A DNA stretch of 64,000 bases, taken from positions 22,322,001 through 22,386,000 of the forward strand of contig NC_087252.1 of NCBI RefSeq assembly GCF_037042905.1, read 5' to 3'. A model generated the notes under the pieces. It searched no databases. It was not told the DNA's origin and worked only from the letters and a program-made list of their open reading frames with translations. Of this stretch, positions 1 to 14,255 are shown piece after piece. The stretch's first letter is position 1. Each line of letters starts with the position of its first letter. A program made the translations under genes and the position numbers. The stretch is from Lytechinus pictus. Lineage: Eukaryota.

Positions 1-486
1 CTTAATCACAGAAAACTGGTCAAGAAGTAAACAAAAGTTATGTTCCCTCGAAACAATGCTTGTATTTCCATATTTTCATTAAATAAACGTGTTTTCACCG
101 GTTTCCCACAGAATCTATCGCACGGTTAAGTCAACAAAACGGAGTGTCGAGTGACTCAGAACGCTAGCATGTAAAACCTCTTCATTTTATGAAATTATTG
201 AAATTCAAGCTTTATTTCAAATAACCAGAACTTTGTCATTTCTTAACTATTTTCTGTAATTGAGGTATCAAATTAAAGAGCAGATATTTAACTTTTTTTA
301 AATGTGATTTTCTTTTTGAAACCCAGATACAGCCCGCCAAGTGACGTTTTGGTATCCCCTGTTCAAATTGTTTTTGCTCACTGATGCGTGAATGAGAAAT
401 AATTTAAGTAATTTCAGATGAAAGAAAAGATTCGTTATGATAAATCATCGATAAATCTTGGTTTTGTTTTTTTCTGGGACGCACTG
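1..486. mobile_element. Tc1/mariner-like MITE, running off the left edge
   Basis: Ends GGGACGCACTG|TA; inverted homologue at about 13743-14255. Confidence 0.65.
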
Positions 487-825
487 TATAAAAGTTAATA
501 AAGTTTATACACGCGTGAATTTCATTCGGCCCTCCTACACCACTCACATTTACATTTTCTACGGTTAAGTGCCGTCAGCTGTGGCCCATTTATTTATATA
601 TTTTGAAATTGTAGAATTGCTTTTGTCTATTTGCAAAACTGCAATCGGTAATTTTCCATCTCAAATCAAATTTAACAAATTACAAAATATAAAACCACGT
701 GTTTTGCTTCAAGACGCCAAGGCAGTATCATTTCCGGGTCGGTCATTTTGTTGTCTCAAAAATTAGAAAGGCAATTAAGAATCAATAGTCACGACTTCCC
801 CCCCCCCCCCTCTCCCCTCCACACA

Positions 826-3082
826 CAGGGCCGTAGCCAGAAGCATTTTGTTGGGGGGGTGTACCAGCTAAATTTGCCAACTAAATTTGGCGTGACAGCG
901 TCAACGTGAGCACAGGGGGAGTCTAATGGGGGATGTGCCCCCCCCCTACAATAATCACATGCTAAAAGATTTTGAATATTTAGAATTTAATTAGTGGCAT
1001 TTGGGGAATACTTTAAGGTAAATTATACAAAGATATACAATAATATTTGCACTGTGAAAAGAAACATTTTGGATCAAAATAGAAAGGCTAGTGTGCTGTA
1101 GTTGCTAAATTGCAGTATAATGATTACCCTATATGCATTAATAATATCAAAATCAAAGATTTGTTAATTTTTAATTGACCTTCTGTGCAAGATGTCTCAA
1201 CTAAAATTTCAAGAGTGCTACTGCTAACAGTGGCGTACCGTGAGTCACGGCATGGGGGGCACCAGCAAAAATTTTGAGTCATTGCCAAGTATACTGACCT
1301 ATAAAGAGACATTTTAAGGACTGTGCCATTAAACGGATATATATCTTAGTGATCCAATAATGCGAGCGCGAAGCGCGAGCTGAAAATGTTTGATATTCAG
1401 TCCTAAAAAAGGGACATTTATAAGCAAAGTTTTGTAATCATTATACGTACCTGTCTCACAAAACAATGCGAGCGCGAAGCGCGAGCTGAAATTTTTTTGT
1501 ATAACTTAACCCTAAAAATAGACATTTTAAGGACTATCTTTTGGAATTTATGAAGTGCGTACGTATCTCATCATAGTCATCTAATGCGAGTGCCAAGCGC
1601 TTGCTGATTCTGTTAGAATTACACTGGTACATGAAGCACTTTTTGTGGTCATTGTAATCATGAACATGATACGTATTTCACTAATGAAATTGCGGGCGAG
1701 AAGCGCGAGTTGATAATTTTTAAAATTCAGACCTGAAGAGGGGCATTCTATGGCTTGTTTGTAGGAATTTACTATTTCACTGATTAAGGGATGGGAGCGC
1801 GAAGCGCGAGCTGAAAATTTGTTGTAATTAGATCAGAAAAAGGGACATTTTAAGGACTGTCTTTAGGAATTCGTGCACTGCAAAAACGCCGGTGTTGATT
1901 TAACACCAGCCCGGTATCTATATCGGTCCACACCAATGCGAACGTAAGCACAGACTGGAAATGTTTTATTAAGGCCTTAAAAGGGGGCAATCACTTTAAG
2001 TACATAGTCATGAAAAAAGCATATGTCACTACATAAAACAATAATAACTTGAAGAGCGAGGAGATAATTTGGTGCATAATCTTCATGGACTTAAAATACA
2101 ACAGGACTATATATCTCATTAGTCAGACAATGCGAGCACCAGGAATGATGCAACCCCAACCTGCCCCCACTCCCACCCATCCCCACCCCAAGCACATTCT
2201 GACACCATAAATTTATTTTTCAAAAATTGGCGACAGAATTTAGTACAAATAACTTAGAACATTTTTGTGTTTTTGCCAACTGCAAACTTGTAGACAAGTC
2301 TACAAGTTGTAGACTTGTGTTCATGAATTTGCCAACTGCAGAGTTACCATTTTTTAAAGTCTTGTGTTCTGTTCTTTTCAGAGCTGAAACGGGGCAGTAC
2401 TTGTACATCACTTTGCTGACTGGTAGAGCGTATAGTGTTCTGCCACTTTAATAGGCCCACTTTATAATTTGCCAACTATACTTTGGCTTTGATTATTCAA
2501 CTTAAACCTTGGAAATTCATCCCACCCCATATTTATTTACCTAGTCTTGCCTCTAATTTTATAAAATTAATGTGTTTATTAAATCGTCAATAATTGTGGT
2601 ATAATTTGCAAACTCACAAGCTTGTTTATATTGGGGGAGGACCGGGGGCTTACTTTGTGTTAGTGTCCTTTGTGTGTTATTATAGCTCCATCTGTTTTGT
2701 CCTTTGTATTTTGCTGACTAGTAGGGCTCTAAGCCGGCTACATGGACTTCGATTTGCCAACTGGTTGTCTTTACTCTAAAAGTCGTAACCTTCTTCGAAG
2801 TTAATACCCCTATTTTTCTTTCCTTTTTCTTTTTTTTCTTTTTTTCTTTCTTTCTTTCTCTCTTTCTCTCTCTCCCCCTCTCTCTCCCCCTCTCTCTTTC
2901 TTTTTTTATTTTTCTTTCTCTCCCCCTCTCTCCTTCTTTCTTTTTTCTCTTCCTTTCTTTCCCTCTTTCTTTTTCTCCCCTATCCTCCATTTTGCCAACT
3001 GGTACATGATTTTGCCGACTGCCATGAATGTTGGGGGGTGTCACACCCCCATACCCCCCCCCCCCCTCTAGCTACGGCCCTG
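826..3082. mobile_element. hAT-like non-autonomous element with nested repeats
   Basis: TIR CAGGGCCGTAGC; 8-bp TSD TCCACACA at 818-825 and 3083-3090; internal TGCGAGCGCGAAGCGCGAGCTGAAA repeats. Confidence 0.8.
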
Positions 3083-5209
3083 TCCACACACACTTGTTTT
3101 CAACATGTTTATATCAAGGATTTCATTCAAATAAATTCAAGATGAATACAACAAAATTGACAAATCTTTTTACATCACCAAGAGAATACAGAAATATTTA
3201 CGAAAAAATGAAGCAAATAATGATGGAATGAAATACCTTAAAAATATATTTTGTACTTATAGCAGATACAGACCAATAGCGCCATCTCGAGTCCTAAACT
3301 ACTCATACCTGGCCAGTTTTCTGACCGATAATTATAGTGTAGTCTAGTAATAAAGACCCACTTGAATGATAACATGCTAATTAACTACATGTATATGTAC
3401 TCAATACATTTATACCACAATACTTATGTTACCAAGTAGCAAAACAATTAATTTTCCTCTTAAAACATTTTAGTTTCTTTATACAAATACAGTTATAGGT
3501 CAATTTATTCTCTGTAGTTTTAGTAAATATCTGGAAACGTTTATTTTAAAACTATTTATTTATAACACACAGTCAATGTAAGACCACACACAGTTCACTC
3601 CCCTTCAGTTTAAAGAATGAGCTGAGAGCCGACCCTATATAACCTAATAATACATGTAATTTATATTGAATGATTGACAGACCCCCCCCCCCCCCCAAGT
3701 TCTCATGATATTTCTGTTCAGGTCTGATCGTCAAAACTTATCAGCTGGCACTGCGTGCTCGCATTTCCACTAGTATATATAGGCCTACTTCTCCCGCTAC
3801 TTCTGTATGAATTCTAACAAAACTACTTTAAATCCCTCTTTATGACAGTTTTTCAAACATTTTAGCTCGCTCTTCGCGCTCGAAGTAATTATTAGTTAGT
3901 TCCATACGCGTCTTGTTCATAATTACAAACATTGCTCAGAATGTTAAATTTTTAGAACAAAATTTCCGAAATTTCTATAATATTTAGCTCGCTTCTCGTG
4001 ATCGCATTATTCAATCAGGGATTGTGAGATACAATTATCTTGTTTATTAGAATAAAGTTAAGAAGTGACTGTTCGGACTACCCCTTCAAAGAAAAAAAAA
4101 CAGCTTTGAGCAGCCGTTTCGGTAAAAATATGAATGAAATCCCATCCCCCCCCCCCCTTATTGGCAAAAGCTCGATCCACACTGTGTAATTTAATGTGTA
4201 TATTATATGCATACGCATACAAATTTAATGTGAAATAAGTGTGCCCCTCCCCCTCATTCCGAAAAAGCTGGCTACGACGGCTTCGGATGGCTTTTTTTTG
4301 CCCCGCCCTAGCCCCAAAAGGGTGTTGAGGTCTTAATCACCCCTATTCTGGTCCAATCAATCACCCCCACCCCCGCCCCCGCAAAGCGATTTTTGTTTAA
4401 GGTTTGTAAGTGGTAAACATTTACTCAAGAATGGATCTTTTAGTGGACAAAACAAATTCAAAATGCATCAACACGCCCTTAGCGGTATTTGATTTAACTT
4501 CTATGATAATCATTCTGCTCTTATACCATGCATACTGGTTTTTGTTAATTATAGTTTTTACGTTGAATGCATTTATATTTTATTTGCATGATGTTCAGTA
4601 GTCTTTTTTGTAAGTTGTAATTATTCAAAACATGTTCAGTTTGGTCCTTGTACCTTTGTATCATGTTACATTTATCTATGTTTAAACCGAATAAATAAGA
4701 TGAATAATAAAATAAATATTTACATAGCTAGGAAACATAAACTAGCCTCATAAGCCTATAATCATCCCTTTGAGAGAATTCTGCGTAAGTAAACGCCCCT
4801 GGTAACGATAGATCAGCCCCTTCCCACAGGGGCGGTGAAAGCGAGAGGGAGCAGGGGGCACTAACACCCCCCCCCCAAAAAAAAAAAAAATATCCGTAGG
4901 AACGAAATACTATTTTTCGAAAATGGGAAATTCCCTTTTTTTTTTTTCAAATTTATATGTGCCGTTTTTCGAAATGAAATACCATTTTTAAACTAAAGTA
5001 TACATTTTAGATTAGAAAATCCAATTTTTTTTATTGTTATCATTTATTTTTAGTAAGGTAAAAGTAAAAAGGTTTTGCTCTACTATACTCTACTTTGCTC
5101 CATCGCCCTTCCTTTTGCCTCTCCATCCTCATAACAATTGAACAGCAACGGTGCCTCCCCCCCCTCCACCCTTCCGGGTAAATTTCCCGGCTTCGCCATC
5201 GATTAATTC

Positions 5210-5710
5210 ATTTTTCGGATTAACGAACCTTCGGAATACAATACCTTATTTCGTTTTCGGATAAACGAACCTTCGGAACAACGAACCTTATTTTGTTTTC
5301 GGACGAACGAACCTTATTTTGTTTTCTGATTATCAAACCTTCAAAACAACGAACCTATTTTGTTTTCGGACTAACGAACCTTCGAAACAACGAACCTTAG
5401 GCCTATTCTGTTTTCGGATTATCAAACCTTCGGAACAACGAAACTGATTTCGTTTTCGGATTATCCAGCCTTCGAAACAACGAATCTTATTTTTTTTTCG
5501 GATTATCGTACCTTCGGAATAACGAATTTTATTTCGTTTTTGGATTAACGAACCTTCGGAATAACGACACAAATGTTCGGATTAATGAACCCTTTTTTGT
5601 TTTTGGATTAACGAACATCGAGGCATAGGCAATTCACGTGTTTCGGAATTACGAACCTTCGGAATAACAAACCTTCGGAATAAGAAATCTTCGGAATTAC
5701 GAAGTGTAAA
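5210..5710. repeat. AACGAACCTTCGGAAT minisatellite-type element (also about 6703-7076, 7955-8146, 11667-11790)
   Basis: Tandem 16-35 bp variants; the 6703-7076 copy has inverted ends. Confidence 0.8.
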
Positions 5711-5713
5711 CAT

Positions 5714-7702
5714 CAGGGGCCCATTTCATAAAGAGTTGCTATCATAGCAAGTTGCTATCATAGCAACTCTGGTAGAATAGCAGCTTTTACTTGCTATGCT
5801 AGCAACTTGCTATGCTAGCAACTTTGCATTTCATAAAAGCACATTCGCTGGAAAGTCAGCTTGACTTTCCAGCTATTTATTTGAATAGTCATGTACGAGG
5901 CTGATTAGGGGGAAATCCCCTTTCTCTCCAGTTTTTTGTTTTCAATTCAAGTCATAAGTTTTGGTAGAAAGCACTGGCGGATCCAGGGGGGGGGGGCACA
6001 GCCGGCCCGTGCCCCCCCCCCCCCCCCCTTTGAGAAGCAAAATTAGAAGAAAAAAAATTGAAAGAGAATATTATTATTTTTTTGCTTATTAATTTTTTCG
6101 GGAGCGAAATTATTATTTAGCAGCTGCAAACAGGGTCTGCAGCATAAGACTAGCAGTTGAAGCAGAGTGATGGCTCTATGGCGATAGTTTGCAATTCTAG
6201 AAGAGAGTAAGAAGAAAATATCTATTTGTCACAGGATGGCATAGCATTGTTTCTCCATTGTGTAAGTTTTCAGAGAATTGATTTCATTTAGCCCTATGCC
6301 AGGGAAAAAATTATTTAAAAAAGGGGGAAAATTTATTATTATTGCCGGTCGAAATTTCACCTTCATCAAAGTTTCTACCGTACAAGTTTAATCCCAGTCC
6401 CACACTTGACTATTTGTGTCGGTAATGCAAGGTTGTATCAACAACAAGGCAGGCACAGGCCACTGCTGGTGCAGTGCTGTATGATCACCCTGAAGCAAGT
6501 AAATTTGTAGGCTCTAATTATGCATGAAACATCGAAAATGACCTCAAAAGATTATTTTTGTTCAAAATGGAAATGATTTTTAAGTTATCGGTTTCAACGG
6601 TGAATAACCATTCAGTAAATGGATTCAACAATGCCATGGCCACAACTTTTTTTTTTTGAGAAAGTCAGAAACAGAAAAAAAAAGCAATCATTTTTTCATC
6701 GCATACATTCGTAATTCCGAAGCTTCATTATTCCGAAGGTTCGTTAGTCCGAAAACGAAGTGAGGTTCGTAATTCCGAAGGTTCGTTAATCCGAAAACGA
6801 AATGGTTAACGAACGTTATTTCGTTTTCGGACTAACGAACCTTATTTCGTTTTCGGATTAACGAACCTTCGGAACAACGAACCTTATTTCGTTCTTGGAT
6901 TAACGAACCTTCGGAACATCAAACCTTATTTCGTTTTCGGATTGTCGAACCTTCGGAATAACGCCACAAATGTTCGGATTAACGAACTCTTTTACGTTTT
7001 CAGATTAACGAACATCGAGGTATAGGCAATTTACGTGTTTCGGAATTACGGACCTTCGGAATTACGAAGTGTAACCTTTTTTATGGCCTAGGGCTTTTTT
7101 AATTTAGGCCTTGCATTAAACACTTCCACATAATAGATCTACCTTCCTCTATTTTTTCCCACAAGAAAAAAAAATCCTCTCAATTTTTTTTTTTTTAAGT
7201 CTGTCTTTAACTTGCCTCCCTTTTTTCCCTTTGCCTGCCCTGGGAAAGACTGAAAAATTTGCTGTTTCGGAGGAGTTTTTAGAATTTTTTTTTTTTTTGG
7301 GGGGTAGGTAGAACAAAAAAAAAAGAAACAGCATTTCTACTAGAAAGCATTACATTAATATTTTCTTTATTAGCATTATCACAGACATTGCTCTAAATAT
7401 CTGTTCTCTTGTAAGAGCCCTTTGGGTATGCCTGAGCACAACGTACACCATTCTTAACAATGAAAAACCCTTTACAGTGTCAACTTGACGCTCCCCCATG
7501 ACCAGCGTCAAATATTAAACCCTATTTGACGCTCCAGTAACCATACTTGTCGCTCCAGTAAAAAGTTGACGCTCCTACTGGAGCGTCAACTTTTTATGAA
7601 ATGCGCTGCAGCGTCAAATATTTAATTTGACGCTGCAGGTGAAAATTTGACGCTGTTTTGGGACTTGACGCTGACGCTGTACCTTTATGAAATAGGCCCC
7701 TG
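5714..7702. mobile_element. Non-autonomous TIR element with nested insertions
   Basis: TIR CAGGGGCC(C/T)ATTTCATAAAG at both ends. Confidence 0.6.
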
Positions 7703-8333
7703 GTAGTACTACACATGTGATCAACACACAGTACCCAACATTCTTAATCCATTCGTTCTGGCAGCAATTGGTCAGAGAAAATCAAAATTAAGATGCTTGA
7801 TCCACGCGCTAATTCTTGATGCAATTCATGTACATGCTTTGACCAACATATAGGCCCTACACATATATCACCCTCCGTTAAAACTATTATTGCATAATAT
7901 CCCCTTATTTTTCAATCACAACATCGTTTTTGTTACTGCAATAAATTAATTTCATTTTCGGAAAAAAAAAACCTTATCTCATTTTCGGACTAACGAACCT
8001 TATTTCGTTTTCGGAATAACGAACCTTATTTCGTTTTCGGACTAACGAACCTTCGGATTAACGAAGCTTATTTCGTTTTCGGATTAACGATCCTTCGGTA
8101 TATTCGAACCTCCAGAATAACGAACCGTCGGAAATACGAATGTAACCCTAACAAACGTATATAAAAATTTGTTCATGAACATTATTTTGACATATACATG
8201 TAGGGAATAGAAAAAAAAAATCTGAAAATCTAATTTACACAAGAAAAGGGGGAAATTGAAAAGAAATAGTGCGAAATCAATAAACAGTCACAACAAAATC
8301 TTACACTCGCACCTCACTAGACACATCCTAACA

Positions 8334-8573
8334 CACTGTAAAAAATGTGGTGTTAAAACTGACACCAGTTAGTGTTAATAGAGGACCACACCCTGAGGTG
8401 TTAAAATTACACCCTCGAGATTTACCATAACACCAAATAGTGTAAATGTAACAACCAATGGTGTTGCAATAACACCTATAGGTGTTCAAATAACACTGTC
8501 AATTTAACACCGGTGTAAAATAACTGGTGTGGTCCTCTATGTACACCGGTTAACACCACAGTTTTTTGCTGTG
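8334..8573. mobile_element. CACTA/EnSpm-like MITE
   Basis: CACTGTAAAAAA...TTTTTTGCTGTG ends, AACACC subterminal repeats. Confidence 0.55.
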
Positions 8574-9060
8574 CAGGATCCCGTAACATAAAGCTTGGCA
8601 ATCATCGTACAACCTTTTTTACGATTGATTTCATTGACTACAATGTACGATCAGTCGTGAAAATCGAGCTTACGATTAATCGTAAAGTATGGATGTGTAG
8701 TTTTACGATCACTGTATATAGTTCAAACCAAGCTTTGCGATTATGGTATAATTTGATTTTATATGTTTTGAATCTATGATCATGAATGCAATGTTTTACT
8801 AATTTGCTTGATGAGAGAATAGAATAAAAGATCATTACAAAATTACTCATTTTTTAATAAGTTTTACACAACGGTTGTTCTTCACATTCTGAAATCTTGA
8901 GATAGGGTACCTGACATATATGATAGAGGAAATAGAAAATTAATGTTTCATCCTGGCTACCGTGTATTCACAGCACATTTTCAGGAAATAAACGTCCATC
9001 GAATCACTAAATTCACTAATGACCAACTCCGACGTGAGAGAGAAGGGAGTGAAACATTAA

Positions 9061-9614
9061 AGGGATGCTCCGGGCTTGAAGTATTAAATAAAGTAAAATT
9101 TACAGAGCAAAATGCAGAAAATTTATCAAAATCGGATAACAAACAACGAAGTTATTGAATTTTAAATTTAGCAATATTTTGTTTTAAAAAATAGTTATGT
9201 GCACGTAATCATGAATATTCATTAGATGGGCTAATGATGTCACATCCCCACTTTCCTTTTTCTCATCTTACTGCATGAAATCAAAATTGTTTCATTTTTC
9301 ATACTTGTTTGAATAATGTGTCTCATTCTAATGCACTAAATCAGTTATTAATTCAATTTTTATAGTTCTTGGTAGAAAAAAATTAATAAACCCAATTTTA
9401 TATAAGAAGATGCAAAAGAACAAGTAGGGAAATTACATCATCAATTCAATCATTGAATATTCATAAAGACATGCCTGACTCTGAGAATTATGCAATTTTT
9501 AAAAATGCCATAATTTCATTATTCCTTGTCCGATTTTGATCAAATTTTTAGTGTTTTGTTTGTCTGATTTACTTATTTGATTAAATCATATTATTTTCAA
9601 CCCGTAGCATCCCT
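9061..9614. mobile_element. Kolobok-like (TTAA) MITE
   Basis: TTAA|AGGGATGCT...AGCATCCCT|CTAA. Confidence 0.6.
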
Positions 9615-9746
9615 CTAAGAAGAGCGAAATGCACTGCTTATTACGTCAGCTCACATGCGCCTTGAACACAGAAATCAATGCATATTCCTCATGTTCCTCG
9701 GATCAATTCGTCTTTCATTTTCGGACACCACACTCTGGACAGTTAA

Positions 9747-10337
9747 AGGTCAAGTCCACCCCAGAAATATCTTGATTTGAATGAATAGAGACAAATCAAA
9801 CTAGCATATTGCTGAAAATTTTATCAAAATCGGATGTAAAATAAGAAAGTTATGACATTTTAAAGTTTCGCTTATTTTCACAAAACAGTGATATGCACAA
9901 CTCAGTGACATGCAAATGAGATAGTCGATGATATCCCTCTCTCACTATTTCTTTTGCTTTTTATTGTTTGAATTATACAATATATCACTTTCTACCAATT
10001 TGACAATAAGGACCAACTTGATGAATTAAACAATGCTAATTCCACATGTTCAGGAAGGAATTAATTGTTGTTTCACTTGAAAATGAGGAGAAAATTAGAA
10101 TATGTCATATTTCGAATAATAAAATACAAAAGAAACAGTGAGAGGATGACGTCATCAGTTTTCCCATTTGCATACCGACCAAGGTGTGCATATAACTGTT
10201 TTGTGAAATTAAGCGAAATTTTAAATGTCATAACTTTCTTATTTTACATCCGATTTTGATGAAATTCTCAATGTTATCCATGTTGGATGTCTTGTCTTTT
10301 CATTCAAATCAACTTTTTGTTACGGTGGACTTGTCCT
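9747..10337. mobile_element. Kolobok-like (TTAA) MITE
   Basis: TTAA|AGGTCAAGTCCACC...GGTGGACTTGTCCT|TCAA; shares ATCAAAATCGGAT subterminal motif with 9061-9614. Confidence 0.65.
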
Positions 10338-10951
10338 TCAAAATAGATTTATAATACAAAGGAAATAGCATCTTTTCAGCTATATAACATATAACAAACA
10401 AGGAAATTAGATAATAGAAATACTTATCGACCAATTACATGAAGGTGAAAAAATTCAACTTCAACTTCAAACAATCCCAAAACAGTTATTTATCATTTAT
10501 CTTTTGAATCCACTCTGCTTTTAATTAAAATACTTTGTCGTTAAATATCCTCACAAATTCTTGATCAACGCACAAACTGTCAATAAATTTCCGATAAGAA
10601 TTCCCAAAGTGAGGAGCATTTACATAGTTCTGGTGTAATTGATGTCAAAATATCAAAGAAATTAACAGAATCCTGTAATGCAGAGGAAACGAAATATTAA
10701 TCTAGCCGACTATGAACAACCAGCCACTTTTGTCACACCCTCACACACCCACCCACACACACACACACACCCTCACCCACACACACCGCCGCATAGAAAA
10801 CAAATCGACATCCCAATAAAAACTTTTGTGTTCAAAGATATGTAGATTTAAAAGAGTCTAACAAAAAAGCCAGTGCACGTAGTCAGTCACGGTATGAACA
10901 CAATAAGACAGCGTTCGCTAGCCTGATTTAATGCGTTTGATAGTGTGTGGC

Positions 10952-11512
10952 CCCGGGTGGGGGGGGGGGGCACTCGACCAAAAAAGTGGTAGGGGTGTGC
11001 CGCGGGCGAGGCAAAAAAAAACGGGGGCCTTGGAGCGGGCTTATTGTAAAAAAGAGGGTCCTCGGAACGGGCTTCGGAACTACAAATGTTTGTGAAAACG
11101 GGGGTCCTCGGAACGGATCTTCGTATCTCTGTGAGTGCGTATGCATCCCTATGGAACGGGCAATCGTGCATGACGCAGCTAGCGCGGCCTCGGCCGCCAG
11201 GTGCGCTCGCGCATAGGCGATGGTCGAAAAGCGCTCTACGGCCGCTTTTCACCAAAATTGTACTGAGCAGATCGATGCGACCGGAACGGCGTAACAAAAA
11301 ATATGCGAAGCTTTGGAGCGGATTTCTTTCTTCTTTTTTTTTCTCGATAAGAAGGAAATGCTATGCCTTGGAGCGGCTTTCTTTGTTCTTTTTCTCAATA
11401 AGACAAAAATGCTATGCCTTGGAACGGAAATTTGAGTGTAAAAATGGGGGTCCCCCTCCGCGGCACATACCCACTATGCATTATATACTGAGTGCCCCCC
11501 CCCCTCCCCGGG
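10952..11512. mobile_element. Non-autonomous DNA transposon with CCCGGG termini
   Basis: TIR CCCGGG-G(n)-CACTC; 8-bp TSD TGTGTGGC. Confidence 0.8.
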
Positions 11513-12512
11513 TGTGTGGCATAAGATTGAAATGTGATTATTTTCATTGTTATCAAGATTCATTGGCAGTGTCAAAGTTCATAATAAATATAAAAGGAAA
11601 GGGAAGAACGAAGAGTAATCGGAAAAACAATCACAACACCGTTTTTGTTTCTACAATGAATTAATTTCATTTTCGGACTAACAAACCTTCGGAATAATGA
11701 CACTTATTTGTTTTCGGACTGACGAACCTTACATCGTTTTCGGACAAACGAACCTTCGAAATATTTGAATCTACGGAATGACGAACGACACCAGCACTGA
11801 ACTTGATTCTCTCCACACTTTTTTTATTTTCATTTCATTATCAAATCCCGCCAAATCAGACATCATTAATTAATATTCAACATTCTATTTTTAATTTTCA
11901 AATAACACAATACAAACATGAGCTATAAAACATGACATGTGATGAAATCAGTAGTTGCACAATTATTGATAAATCACACCCTCACGAACTCATTCCCACT
12001 TAAGCAAAAAAAAAAAAAGCCGAATGAAAACAAGGCTATATGCGTTACTGAGCATAGGACATTATTGGGACCTATGGCATATTAGATTATATCAAATTGT
12101 CTAATTTTATTCAAAAGGTAATTGATTATAACAATTACAAGAAAGTTATATTAAAAATATTTAATTCTTTACACTTGTTGCTGGCCGTATCGACGATAAA
12201 TTTATATTGTGTTTTTTTTCTAACGTCTTATGACAGAGAGATATTCAATTTGGCTTCGCTCCTTTGAACAGATCACTCTTTCACCTCATGCAAAATTTCG
12301 TTTCCATCACACTCGTTCGTCTACTATTTTGTATGATGTCATGTGCCGTTGATTTTTTTTGATATATCGGTTAAAGGAATATCAGGACTAAATATTTGTA
12401 AAACGCATTTGAATCTAATATCAACATTTCGCTTTCATAAAATTTTGAACTATTGTCATTAAGCAGACTTTCCAATTTTGTTATCCTTCTAGTAATAATA
12501 TCTTCATTTGAA

Positions 12513-12858
12513 CCAGTGGCGTACCTACGATTTATCACGGGGGGGGGGGGCAAAACCGTCCACCAAAAAAAATTTCAAGCAAAAAAAAAAAAAAAAGGTT
12601 TTCAATCACAAATAAAGGATTTCGTACCAGAAAAAATTTGACAAGGAAAAAAAACGGTCTTCAATCACAAATAAAGGATTTCGTACCAGAAAAAAAATTG
12701 ACAAGCAAAAAAAAAGGTCTTCAAGCTCGTCAGGGGGGGGGGGCAAAAAAGGTCTTTCAAGCTCGTCAGGGGGGGCAGGGATACGTCCTTTGCATGGGTT
12801 GTGGCTCGTCAGGAGGGCAGACTGCCCCCCCCCCCCCCCCCCCATAGGTACGCTTGTG
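12513..12858. mobile_element. CAGTGGCGTACCTA-type MITE (inverted relative at about 38070-38363)
   Basis: Shared internal CACAAATAAAGGATTTC(G/A)TACCAGAAAAAAA and ends. Confidence 0.65.
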
Positions 12859-13742
12859 ATTTGAACTGAATGCCAATAAATAAACAAATTTTTAATTCCC
12901 ATCTTCTGGTCAAGATGTCTTCGTGCATTCTAAAGCAAATTGACCTTTGAAATTAATGTTCCAGGATAATATTTTATCTACATATTGATAAGCTAACTGC
13001 ATTACCTCAGGGTGTTTCTATACGATCAGGATTCCCTGTTACACATTTTCATATTATTTTGTCCATACTTGGGGATTGCGCTATATAGGGGGGGGGTGGG
13101 GGGCTATGAGTCTTCAAGTAGTGAAAAGAGGGGAAATTCAACAAAATATGAACAAGTACATGTAAATTGAAAAACATAATGGAAGAAGAAGAGAGAAGAG
13201 TATCAAAAAGAAAGTACTGGATCGGTTTTCCTTAAAATTTCCCTTAATTTCAACGATGAATAAAATGATGTCGCCTATAGGTCATTACGTTCCCCTATCA
13301 AATTACCCTTCGACAGTAACTGCTCAGATCTGGTGAACATTATTAATCTTTGCAAAACTACACGCGAGTAACATGCTAGATTATCAAAACGGAAATATAT
13401 AGGTGTATATAATGAAAAATTTATTCTACAGATAATTAATATAATTGGAGAAATTTCAGCATAAATGCGGACAGAAACAATATGAAATTGATAAAATATA
13501 TCAAAATTACTTGGTAGAAAAGAAGGTTTTAAAAAAGTAATAAACCCGGGGGTGTAGAGGCAGTGTAAACCGTACTGGGTAACAGTTTAGACCAATTGTT
13601 AGTGCTAACAATTTCACATATGAGACAATGCTACTGCTATTTAACGTTCTACACATTGTGTTACAAGCACTCGCAAGCCCCAAACACACCCCAACACACA
13701 CACGCTCACCCTCTCACACACACACACACCCTTATATATATA

Positions 13743-14255
13743 TAGTGCGTCCCACAAAGAAACCGAGATTTATCGATGATTTATCATAACTTAATCACAA
13801 TACAATAGACAAATGACCTACCATTGTAAAGCTTAGAATCTCCTCTTTCATCTGAAATTACTTCGATTAATTCTTATTCATGCATGAGTGGGCAAAAACA
13901 ATTTGAAGAGGGGATACCAAAAAGTCATTTGGAGGGCTATATCTGGCTTCCAAAAAGAAAACCACATTTTTTAAAAGTTCAATATCTGCTCTTTAATTTG
14001 ATACCTCAATTACAGAAAATGGTCAAGAAATAACAAAGTTATGGTTATTTGAAATAAGGCTTAAATTTCAATAATTACATAAAATGAAGAGGTTTTACAC
14101 GCTAGCCTTCAAACCATGAGGTCCATGTTCAAACTCACTCGACACTCCGTTTTGTTAAAGATCAGCCATGCATTTAGTCTTTTGTTAACCATGCGATACC
14201 CTTTGTTGGAAACCGGTGAAAACACGTTTATTTAACGAAATTATGGAAATACAAA
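13743..14255. mobile_element. Tc1/mariner-like MITE fragment (same family as 1-486, opposite orientation)
   Basis: Extended reverse-complement similarity to 1-486. Confidence 0.65.

Noticed and set aside
10887..11664. Cluster of overlapping ORFs up to 192 aa
   Set aside because: They lie over a GC-rich TSD-flanked non-autonomous element; no domain recognised.
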